Source of the DNA: an uncultured Verrucomicrobiae bacterium
GTDB taxonomy: Bacteria > Verrucomicrobiota > Verrucomicrobiia > Chthoniobacterales > Chthoniobacteraceae
Length of the DNA stretch: 64,000 nucleotides
Direction: 5' to 3'
NCBI GenBank assembly: GCA_963828525.1
Contig: CAWHEP010000006.1
Coordinates: forward strand, 32,001 to 96,000
The translations under genes were made by a program, and so were the position numbers. Position 1 is the stretch's first letter; the number at the start of each line of letters is the position of its first letter. Below, piece after piece: positions 39,109 through 48,231 of this stretch. A model generated the notes under the pieces. The model made no database searches, was not told where the DNA came from, and saw only the letters and a program-made list of their open reading frames with translations.

Positions 39109-40317
39109 TTACTGAAGCGCCGGAATCTCAAACAAGTCGCGGCGGAAGATCCGGCTCACAAGGCCATGTGATTCGCCGACGATCCCAGCAGCGCAGTAGA
39201 TGTTGAAATCGTCCTCGCGCAGATCATTCAAATCCAGGAGGTTTGTCACGTTGAAGAAACCCTCCGGCTCCCTGCCGAAATGGAGCGCCCACAAGTTCTG
39301 GAACTGCAGTGGTGCTTTGCGACGGTCAACGACCACATTTCCAGCAACCGCGCCCGGCTGACCCTGCACGACACTTGTGGCGTCGAAAGCTACGATCAGG
39401 CCGCTGCCGTTGTTGCCTACCAGAAGCTGGTTTCTTAGATGGTTGTAGGCCATGCCCCAAGGCGAGTTGAGATTGGTATTTGGACCAGCTAGTCGTTTGA
39501 TCAGCGTGCCGTCCGTGCGGAACACGTTGATATAACCATTTGTCCCGGTGTCATCATGCTTTGCCAGGTCCTGCTGAGCATAGGTTACATAGAGAAACTC
39601 AGTAGTGGCTCCGACAACAACGCGCTTGATATTGAACGGCGCAAAGCCGGAAACAGCGTTGGGGTCAGCAAATCCGCCGGGCACCGTGATAGGCTGGAAT
39701 TGGGCATTGAAGACATCAACTGTTCCCGCGTGGAAGTTGCAGGCGTAAAGTTGATGCTGTCCGCCCGAGAATGCCTCCGCCAAACCTTTATACACCGCGC
39801 CCGCTCCTGAGTTATCTACAGCTATAATGGCGTGGGCTCCATCCACTGATGGAGCGTAACCGCAAATGGTCCCATCCTCGGTGGCGAACAGCAGTTGCGC
39901 GGGCTCCGTGCTGGAATTCTCCGTGATGGAGAAGTCATTATGGTGCGGGTTCGAAGCAGGGGTAAGGGAAGTATGGTTTACCACGACGCCAGTGGGCGCC
40001 GCGATGGCGGCAGTGCCACTCGAGACAGGCGCGGGGATCGTGACAACTACATTGGCGGGAACGCCAAAGTTGTTGTAAAGCGTCGCCACTCCTGTGGCAT
40101 TATCCGCTACCCAATAGGCGCCGCCTCCAGGTGTTGGCACAAGGCCCCATGGATTTATCAGGTGCGGATCGATGCTCTTGGCGACTCCAGGAATATCGGA
40201 GTCAAGGTTTATCCATTCAAGCTGGGCGCGCGCGCTTTGCGCGGAGCAGAGAATGGAAACGGTGGCGGCGATCATTGCGGCGCCGCGGGTGGCGAAGGGA
40301 TGTTTGTTTACTATCAT
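39109..40317 (-). CDS. TIGR03118 family secreted protein
   Basis: DPHLINPWG, WVADN.TG..TLY, PTGVV.N, FATEDGTI, AVYKGLA, GFAPFNI, LNSPWG. Confidence 0.88.
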   Translation of the reverse strand: MIVNKHPFATRGAAMIAATVSILCSAQSARAQLEWINLDSDIPGVAKSIDPHLINPWGLVPTPGGGAYWVADNATGVATLYNNFGVPANVVVTIPAPVSSGTAAIAAPTGVVVNHTSLTPASNPHHNDFSITENSSTEPAQLLFATEDGTICGYAPSVDGAHAIIAVDNSGAGAVYKGLAEAFSGGQHQLYACNFHAGTVDVFNAQFQPITVPGGFADPNAVSGFAPFNIKRVVVGATTEFLYVTYAQQDLAKHDDTGTNGYINVFRTDGTLIKRLAGPNTNLNSPWGMAYNHLRNQLLVGNNGSGLIVAFDATSVVQGQPGAVAGNVVVDRRKAPLQFQNLWALHFGREPEGFFNVTNLLDLNDLREDDFNIYCAAGIVGESHGLVSRIFRRDLFEIPALQ

Positions 40318-40640
40318 AAGCAGGAGCGGGGTGGTTAGCAGTGTTAGGTTATTAACGGTGAATGAAGCCGGACTTTGCTTCAGCGTCCGTTACCTAACAA
40401 AACTCCGCCGCACAACGAAGGTTGCGCGTCTTCTCACATTCCCTAGCATGTTTGAGTCTCGTTCGGCAGTGACGATCTCCGATGTAGACCAGTGAACCGG
40501 TTTGAGAAGATCCAAAGAAACGGGTCGAGCTCCGGCAAAGGTCCGTAGGGCGAGCTGGCGCTGATTCCTCCGAGGAATTAAGCCGATTATGGACGCCGTC
40601 TTACTCCCAGCTGTGAATAATGGGGCTGGTCGCCAAAACG

Positions 40641-40714
40641 TGCGCCCGTGCAGACTCGAACTGCAAACCTTCTGATCCGTAGTCAGATGCTCTATCCAAT
40701 TGAGCTACGAGCGC
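40641..40714 (-). tRNA. tRNA-Arg(ACG)
   Basis: GCGCTCGTAGCTCAATTGGATAGAGCATCTGACTACGGATCAGAAGGTTTGCAGTTCGAGTCTGCACGGGCGCA. Confidence 0.96.
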
Positions 40715-40842
40715 GTTCCCTTGGGAAGGAACGATCATATCTGATGGACGCGGGATTGCAACCATGAGAGCGCGCCCCTTTCGAACACGAGGGTTGACCG
40801 GCCTTTCCCCTCCCGTGGACAGGGACGGGTCTGAGAATATCA

Positions 40843-42030
40843 TTACGTCCCGTGCTTTGCCTGCTCTGCCTTGAAAGGAGCAGTAGCCACCCCCACGAAG
40901 CTGTCCGCGCAGCCGAAATAAACGAACCACTGGTTGTGGAACAGCGCCAGCCCTTCGATGAACGTCGTTCCGGATCGGTAAAGGCCCGTCTGTTCCCAAG
41001 GGTAAGAGGGAGTGATGAACGGCTTATCGAGCCGCGTGATGAGGTGAGTGGGATCGTTCACGTCGAACAAGGCCTGGCCCCCGCTATACACGCCGGGGCG
41101 CAACGTTGAATCTCCGGCGGCACCTCGGGCGTTTGTCCCGTTATAGAAGACGACAATCCCGTCCCTTGTCAGCACTGCCTGCGATCCAACCTCGGTCAAC
41201 AGGCTGTCGAAGAACCCGTTCCGTGGAGTCATGATGATCAACAGCTTCCCATCCGGGCCTTCCAGCGGCTTCCAATGCGTAAGGTCATCCGAGGTGGCCA
41301 CGCTCACCGCGTGTTCCCCGAAATACATCCAGTAAGAACCCTTGATCTTCACGGCCACCAGCCTGCCATCCTTAACCTCATGGAGGATCGCGGCGGACTT
41401 GGTGCGGGTTCTCTCCCACTTGGTGCCGACGAAAGCGTTTCCTAGCTTAGTCCAGTGCCTCAGGTCTGTTGAGGAGGCGATGCCCGGACTGGAAATGGCG
41501 TTGCTATTTTGCGCGTAAGTCATGCGATACGAGCCATCCGGCGCTTGCGCAAGGCGCGGATCCTCGCATCCCCGTCGAGTTTCAGTCCCGCTCCACTCGA
41601 AGTTCTGCTGGTCGTCCGGTGCCGGGTAGAAGACAGGAGCAAGGTCACAGGTGAAATGAAAACCATCTGCGCTTTCGGCATAACCGACGCGCGAGCAAGT
41701 GTTGCCTGGACCCTGCTGCGCGCGGTAGAGAACGACGATCTTCCCGTCGCAAACCGCCGCCGCCGGATTGTAAACCTGACCCTTCTCCCAATGGACGATC
41801 TCGTGGTTGATGGGGTTCTCAAACGTAGAATCCGGGTTCGGCCTTAACACAGGCTCTGGATTCGTCTGGCGGCTAAAAGGCCCAATTGCCCAAGCGGGAA
41901 GAGACGAAGCCTGCGAGTTCGCCGCGGGAGCAGGCGATGTGCCGGATACGCTTTGCGCGTGAAGAGGCAAAGCGAACGCCGCAGCTCCAAAGAAAAGCGC
42001 GGAAAGGAGGAGGGGAGATTCATTGGTCAT
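40843..42030 (-). CDS. GH130-like beta-propeller glycosidase, secreted
   Basis: VYNPAA, LYRA, GCEDPR, KS.AI, YWMYFGE, TTFIEGL, YFGCADS. Confidence 0.85.
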   Translation of the reverse strand: MTNESPLLLSALFFGAAAFALPLHAQSVSGTSPAPAANSQASSLPAWAIGPFSRQTNPEPVLRPNPDSTFENPINHEIVHWEKGQVYNPAAAVCDGKIVVLYRAQQGPGNTCSRVGYAESADGFHFTCDLAPVFYPAPDDQQNFEWSGTETRRGCEDPRLAQAPDGSYRMTYAQNSNAISSPGIASSTDLRHWTKLGNAFVGTKWERTRTKSAAILHEVKDGRLVAVKIKGSYWMYFGEHAVSVATSDDLTHWKPLEGPDGKLLIIMTPRNGFFDSLLTEVGSQAVLTRDGIVVFYNGTNARGAAGDSTLRPGVYSGGQALFDVNDPTHLITRLDKPFITPSYPWEQTGLYRSGTTFIEGLALFHNQWFVYFGCADSFVGVATAPFKAEQAKHGT

Positions 42031-42378
42031 GGGGGTAGGGGGCCGGTGTGCCAGGAGCGTGTGTATGACTGGATCAGGATACGCGCTAATTGTCATCAAA
42101 GCTGAGACGCGGCATCGCGACCGCTATGTAAATAGCGGGGGTGATTGGTAGCGGCTGTATGTCAGCGCGGCGGCAAAAGTTGATGTCACGAGCCAGCACG
42201 GCGAAGTCGGTTGACGAGGCAAAGCAAAGCTGGTTCGCGGATCCATCTGTCGCAGCTTTTCATCCACACAAAAGACCTCGCCGTAAGCAAAGCAATGGGT
42301 ATACCTAAGAAAGAGCGCGGGGAAACAGGAGCAGCGACCACCCTTGCGGATCGTCGCCCGGCCCGATAAGTTGCCAAT

Positions 42379-42603
42379 ATGAGCACCGCGACGATTTTGC
42401 CCCTGAGCGAGATGAGCCACGCGGCAAAGCTTCGCGTTATGGAGGAACTCTGGGATGATCTTTGCCATTCGCCCGAGGGCGTGCCCTCGCCCGCTTGGCA
42501 CGGTGAAGTGCTGGCAGGGCGCGCGGAGCGGGTCGCGAAGGGCGACGCCGAGTTCCGCGAGTGGGCAGACGTGAAGGAACGTCTGCTTCGGAAGAAGGTG
42601 TGA
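42379..42603 (+). CDS. Addiction module antitoxin (TIGR02574-like)
   Basis: MS...KLRVMEELWDDL...SPAWHGEVLA.R...F.EW..VKERL. Confidence 0.85.
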   Translation: MSTATILPLSEMSHAAKLRVMEELWDDLCHSPEGVPSPAWHGEVLAGRAERVAKGDAEFREWADVKERLLRKKV

Positions 42604-42670
42604 GAATTCAGGTCCTCGACGAGGCGGAGGACGATTTGCGAGACGGGCGTGAGTTTACGACCGGCAGGAA
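42600..42670 (+). pseudogene. Truncated ParE/RelE toxin
   Basis: GTGA overlap with the antitoxin stop; MRIQVLDEAEDDLRDGREF(Y)DRQE, then similarity is lost. Confidence 0.65.
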
Positions 42671-42738
42671 CCACAGAAAAGCGCGGTCTCATGCAAAGGC
42701 TTCTGACCGGAAAGTTGCGGGTCAAGACCACTGTAACC

Positions 42739-44251
42739 ATGAACGAAGAAATAGTGACGCCGCCCGTCGTCTTGGTCTCATCTTCGCACGATTCGGAAGA
42801 GCACAAGAAATGGGTCAGGGATTTTGCAATGGCGCTTCGGGACGGCGGCATCGATGTGATTCTGGACCAGTGGGAGATTGGACCGGGTGATGACGTGCCG
42901 AAGTTCATGGAACAATCCGTCCGGAGAGCACTTCGGGTGATCATGGTTTGCACGGAGGAATATGTGCGGAAGGCGGATGATGGAAAGGGTGGCGCGGGCT
43001 ACGAGGCTATGGTTGTCACGGGTGAACTGGTTCGTGACTTGGGCACACGAAAATTCATTCCGGTTATCCGTCAAACAGGCGCCACACCATCCTCCCAGCG
43101 TGCGTATCCACACGCTACTTCGTTGATTTCAGCAAGGATGAAGAGTTTTCCCAAAAGAAGACGCACCTAAATTTGAGAAACCACCTTTGGGAAAGAACCC
43201 GTTTGCCGCTGCCGTGCCAAAGGCCGATCCGTCACCGGTTGCGGCATCGGGGGTTTCTGTTCCAAGCGGTCCGTATGAATTACGAACTTTCTCTGTCCTA
43301 TGCGAATGCCGGGAACTTCGCCAAATGGCGCGAACTGATTCACAAGGAGAAGGTCGAGGCTGGGGCCGAGATGCTACGCTGGAAGGCCGAAAACCAGAAA
43401 AACACTCCGCCGCTCAAGAAGGATTTCCCTTATTTTTTCTGCCTGGAGTGGCGACTCATAGCGATTTATTCGCTGCTGCATTCGGGGCTTTCGATTCAAC
43501 GGATGAGCGATTCCACAATCAGCTGAGCCTCCTAGATTGGATTCGTAATCCGAAAGATTGGCAGTGGAAGCTCGTCCAAGCCTCTGGGTGGCGCTTCCTG
43601 AGTTGGTGTTGTTCACCTATCAGGCTTTGCTGGGAGGACTGGCGCTGAGCCGCCATCGCCCCGAGATGGCTTACAATCTCGCGACTACGTCGTTGACAGA
43701 CTCGTACTCCCCCCGCGCGCGCAGTAGAGACGCAGAGCCATTATTCAAGAACTCGCGCTTTACCGGGTGGCCGGACTCACTCGATCACACCTGCACTGTC
43801 GCGTGGGTGTTTCTACAAAAAGCAGCCAAGCAGTGGGAGTGGTTGTGGAAATTGTTCGGAAGCGAGCAAGACACGGTCGCCGCTATCGCCGCCTACTACC
43901 TCTTCCTCAATACAATGGACTTTGTTTCCGCTGTCAAAGCCAAAACCGAAGGCGTTGCGGAGCTACGGGGGCCTCAGCCACCCCTGTTTTTCCTCCGTGT
44001 AGAAGACGACATTTTCACTCGCACGCAAGGCGTGTTTTTCGGATCAGCGCCCTTCATTGCAGAAATGCTTTCGGAGAATGGAATTGCGGGCGATGCCTTG
44101 CCCGCTCTTTGGAACCTTTGGATGCAAAGCTGCGGGAAGTGGCTGGGGGAGGTTTATAATAATGCTTGGAGTAGGGCACGAGCTCGTAATGCCGCATAGC
44201 GATTTGCCTCGGATGCTCTTCCGAGGCCCTCAAAAGCGCCTAATCGAGTAA
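42739..44251 (+). CDS. TIR/SEFIR domain protein with uncharacterised C-terminal region (multiple frameshifts)
   Basis: SHDSEEHKKWV..FA..LR..GIDVILDQW...G.D...FME...VIMVCT..Y..KA....GG.GYE; downstream ORFs chain across frameshifts. Confidence 0.75.
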
Positions 44252-44263
44252 TATTAGACGCCA

Positions 44264-44365
44264 ATGTTTACTCCATCTTTTCTCGAAGCCCACATCAGCC
44301 AGTTTCCTGCGATGCGGCTGTTGCAGCAGTTGGGCTATGCGTGCGCGCGTCGGGAGGAGGTGCGG
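44264..44365 (+). pseudogene. Type I restriction HsdR N-terminal stub, copy 1
   Basis: MFTPSFLEAHISQFPAMRLLQQLGY matches the typical HsdR start. Confidence 0.6.
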
Positions 44366-44399
44366 ACCGCGCTGAGAAGCCCAGCGGGGACTCGCGCTA

Positions 44400-45095
44400 T
44401 CAAGATCCCGGGCCACTTGCAGTTGAATAAGGGCGTTGTCCAGCCCCGGATGCCCGCCCAAGAGGGCCGGCGGGCCGTACACGATTTTGCCCGGGTGGGC
44501 CGTGCCGCGGCTCCACGCCGAGCCTTCGACGAGCGCGGAGTCGAACTGTGCCGGGGAGGCAGATGGGGGCGCACTCGAAGAGCGCGACGTTCACGAGGGC
44601 GGGATCGTGCCGGGAGCGGTAGAGGATGCCGTCCGCGGTGGCAGGATGGAGCATGATCCGGAGCGCCCATTTGCGCGTGGTGGAGTAGAGGCCGGTGAGG
44701 ATTTGGGCGTCGCCCCCCAACTTGGAGAGATTTCCCCCGGTGAGGTCGAGCAGGCGGACATCGGGCAGGCTGACGCGGCTGACCCAGTTTCATTCAGTTG
44801 GGTCTCGGTGACGCTGCGCCCAATGCTGCCGACGGGACCCCAGTGGTCATCAAATACCTCCATGAGGGCGCCGGGAAGCGTCTCCGCAACGCAAAGAGTC
44901 CCGATGCCGTGCTGGGGATCGAACCGTGTGTTGTTGCGCTTGCTAAGTAGATGGGGCCGGACGGCTCGCCGTGTCCGGGTCGGTCGGATGGAGGCGGTAG
45001 AAGACACCCTCCAGCTCAACGCAAAGGCGGCGAGGTCGAGCCTGTTGAACTCAGCCTGCGGGAGAGGCTCGATCTCCAGCTATTTTCCTCGGCAT
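44400..45095 (-). pseudogene. RES domain toxin, frameshifted
   Basis: Pieces FYRLH, TRFDP..GIGTLCVAETL.GALMEVF, RKWA, DGILYRSRHDP...VALFE carry the R, E and S motifs. Confidence 0.7.
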
Positions 45096-45260
45096 GCGCT
45101 TCGCGTGGGCACGACCGTGTCGATTGCCCCCTCCTTCAAAAGGTCCAACGGCGCGCGCCGTCAACTCGCCCCATCCGGCGAGGAAGTAACGCATCACCCG
45201 CCACTCGTCATGACTCTTGAATGTTTGAGTTTGAACCGGGTCTCCAACTCCGCGCCGGTC
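45090..45260 (-). pseudogene. Xre/MbcA-like antitoxin C-terminal remnant
   Basis: DEWRVMRYFL and, in another frame, RPLDLLKEGAIDTVV immediately upstream of the RES gene. Confidence 0.5.
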
Positions 45261-45887
45261 CATGCTCCGCCTCGGGCATCCTTCATCTCGCGCACCGCCG
45301 CCTCGCCGGCCGCGCGGCGGATCAAATGCCGACGGTGCCGGCAGCTTGGGCGGCTCGATTTTATGAGTTTTGACGTGCCAGTGTATCCTGGGATGCGAAT
45401 GGGATTTGGTGTCGTCGATCAGCGTAAGGAAATTCTCGACTCTCGACTTCTCCGCCTCCGACGAAACCTCGCGCAGGATGTCTCGGACGGTCGCTTCGCC
45501 CTTGGCGTAGGGCCAGTCTGCGACAATCGTGAAAACCAACATTCTCGGACCGTCGTCGAAATAGACACCCGCCAGACCGAGGTCTCGCCAGTTGAGCGTC
45601 GGAAGGGATTGCCAGAGGCGATCAAGGTTCGCGGGCTGAACGGGAGTATTTGGCGAAGGTTCGGGCGCCTCCTTCTGATTCAGGCTGCGAGGGCGTGACG
45701 AATCGGACTATCGCCGGAGCTTTCCCAAGGAAGGTCCAATCCCAGGCCTTTCGTTTTGTGGCGGGAGAACGGGTTGTGATCGGCATCAAAGGAATATATC
45801 AACGAAATCAACGAAATCAACCATTTCGCAGACCAAAATGACTGTGCGCGCCATTGGCGTCTCCGCGTCCGCCCATCTCTCTGTGTC

Positions 45888-46160
45888 ATGAATCCCCCCT
45901 CTTTCCTCGAAGCTCACATGACCAGACCCCGGCGATACGGCTGCTGCAGCAACTCGGTTACACATACCTGAGCCCCGAGGAAGCGCGGTGGAACGGCGGG
46001 GCAAGCTGCGGCATGTGCTGCTGGAAGGGGTTCGCTCAACTAGCTTAAACGGCTGAACCGGATTTCATTCAAGGGACGGAGGTTTCCTTCAGCGACGAAA
46101 ATATCGCCAACGGCATCGAAGCACTGCGCGAGGTTCCGTTCGACGGGTTGGTGCGACGTT
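45888..46160 (+). pseudogene. Type I restriction HsdR N-terminal stub, copy 2
   Basis: Across frameshifts: SFLEAH..Q.PAIRLLQQLGYTYLSPEEA...RHVLLEG...RLNRISFKG...FSDENIANGIEALREVPFDGLVR. Confidence 0.7.
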
Positions 46161-46195
46161 CTCACAGGCGGCCTCGGATACCAAAAGGAAATATA

Positions 46196-46223
46196 TGGAC
46201 ACATTGCGTCCACTTTTTATACT
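46196..46223 (+). promoter_or_regulatory. Putative abiE promoter with palindromic operator
   Basis: TGGACA-N16-TATACT; near-palindrome TGGACaCAtTGcGTCCA (46196-46212) covers the -35 box. Confidence 0.5.
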
Positions 46224-46234
46224 TTCGACTCCAA

Positions 46235-47032
46235 GTGGACGCCATCACATCCATATCTGATCTTGTCGAATCGCTCCAGCGGCGTGGGCGGTATGCGTTC
46301 ACCCGAGCCGAGGTTGAGGCGGCCCTTCCGCTCTCCGAAGAGGCTCTGACGAAAGGTCTCCAGCGACTCGCGCGCAAGGGCCGTGTGCGGATGTTGCGGC
46401 GGGGCTTTTTCGTCATCATCCCGGTCGAGTATTCGGCGACGGGGATGATTCCCACGGATTGGTTCGTCGCCGAACTGATGCAGTTTCTCGATCTGCCCTA
46501 CTACATCGGTGTGCTCAGCGCGGCGGCGCTCCATGGCGCCGCGCATCAGCAGGCGCAGGAGTATCACGTCGTGGTGCCAAAGCCGGAATGACCCGTGCGC
46601 CAGCCCACGGTGACGATCCGCTTTTTCCGCCACGCCGCCATGAGTGCGACGCTGACGGAGTCTGTCAAGGGCTACACGGGGATGCTGCCGGTTTCGACGC
46701 CGGCGGCGACCGCGCTGGACCTGGTGCGCTTCGCGGCGCGCATCGGCGGACTGGATGCGGTGCTCACGGTGCTCGCTGAACTCGCGGAGAAACTGACGCC
46801 GGAAAGTGTGCTCGCCGCCGCGCAGGCAGAATCCGAACTGGCGCAGGTGCAGCGGCTTGGCTGGCTGCTGGAGCGCGCGGGCTCGCCGCAACTCGCGGAG
46901 CCGCTCGCCGACTGGCTCGCCGCCCGGCCCCGGCACAAAGTGCGGCTCGACCCTCGGCGTCCCGCGCTCGGTGCGCGCAAGGACGCGCGCTGGCAGGTGG
47001 TGGTGAATGCCGATCCGCAAAGCGAAGTATGA
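46235..47032 (+). pseudogene. AbiEi family type IV antitoxin with in-frame TGA at 46589-46591
   Basis: RRGFFVIIP.EY, YYIG.LSAA.LHGAAHQ, VSTP..TALDL, W.VVVN; the two ORFs are in the same frame. Confidence 0.85.
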
Positions 47033-47830
47033 TTCCCGGAGCCATCATCACCAAATGGCGGGCGCACAGCCCGTGGACGAGCGCCGCGCACGTTGAGCAA
47101 GACCTCATCATCGCCCGTGCGCTCGTGGAGCTTTATAGTCTCGCCCGAGTTTTCCGCGCACATGCTGTTTCGCGGCGGCACCGCGTTGCACAAACTCGTC
47201 CTGCATCCGCCCGCGCGCTATTCCGAAGACCTCGACTTCGTGCAGATGAAGCCCGAACCCATTGGCCCGGTGCTCGACATCATCCGCGCGCGACTCGACC
47301 CGTGGCTCGGCGCACCCCGGCACGAACACACCGCACGCGGCACGACGCTGACCTACCGCATTCAATCCGAGTTGCCGCCGGTGACGCCGCTGCGGCTGAA
47401 AATCGAGATCAACACGCGCGAGCATTTTCAGGTCTTCGACGTGGAGCGGCGCGCGTTCGCGGTCGAGACGCGGTGGTTCACGGGCGCGTGCGACATTCCC
47501 ATCTACGCGCTCGACGAACTCCTCGGCACAAAACTGCGCGCCCTTTATCAGCGGCGCAAAGGCCGCGATCTTTTCGACCTGTGGCTCGGCCTCACGCAAG
47601 GCGGCGCAGACACAACGCGTATCGCCCAGGCTTTCCACGCCTACCTCGCGGCGGAAGGCCACTCGGTTTCAGCCAGGCAGTTGAGGCAGAACCTCGCCGC
47701 AAAGATGACCGATGCGGCATTCCTGAGCGACGTGCCTTCATTACTGCGGCCCGGTGTCGCTTACGACGCCAGAGAAGCGCATACGCTGGTCGAACGTGAA
47801 TTGACTCACGCAGCTTTGAGCATGGAAGGA
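47029..47830 (+). CDS. AbiEii family nucleotidyltransferase toxin (frameshift near 47140; 3' end uncertain)
   Basis: VEQDLII.RALV, FRGGTALHK, RYSEDLD, KIEINTRE, TKLRALYQRRKGRDLFDL. Confidence 0.88.
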
Positions 47831-47981
47831 TGCAACATTCGCGGTGAGGAATTCGGGCGGACAATTGGCGGACAAATTTTAGGCCAGTTCCAGCTTGTTC
47901 CAGACCGTGCGAAACAGAATCTGCAAAAACTCATGATTCAGAGTAATTCTCTGAAAATGAGCACCTTACAGAGTAGTAAAG

Positions 47982-48058
<77 letters not shown>

Positions 48059-48231
48059 ATTCAGACCTTGCAGGCAGTCCCCTTTGTTTGCAAATCATTT
48101 CGCCATAAATTCCCATACTCTCGCAGAGCCGTGGTCCCCGCCCGCAAATAGTTCGGTCTGAGCCCTACCGTCCTGCAAACAGTTAAACAGTGTCAGCCTC
48201 CTCGCACGAAAAGTGCTAATTTAATTTTCAA

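Larger units (their letters stand above)
42340..47981. mobile_element. Degenerate defence/TA island 3' of tRNA-fMet (left boundary approximate)
   Basis: Cluster of TA, TIR, HsdR and AbiE fragments abutting the tRNA 3' end; no integrase and no second att copy found. Confidence 0.6.

Noticed and set aside
40641..42340. Island integrated at tRNA-Arg
   Set aside because: The tRNA 3' end faces away from the island, and I found no duplicated 3' fragment or integrase
45798..45823. ATCAACGAA x~3 as CRISPR or iteron array
   Set aside because: Only a 9-bp tandem with no spacers and no cas or rep gene nearby; no CRISPR array seen anywhere in the window
46589..46591. Selenocysteine or recoded TGA in AbiEi
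   Set aside because: No Cys/redox context or evident SECIS, and TGA is used as a normal stop throughout the window
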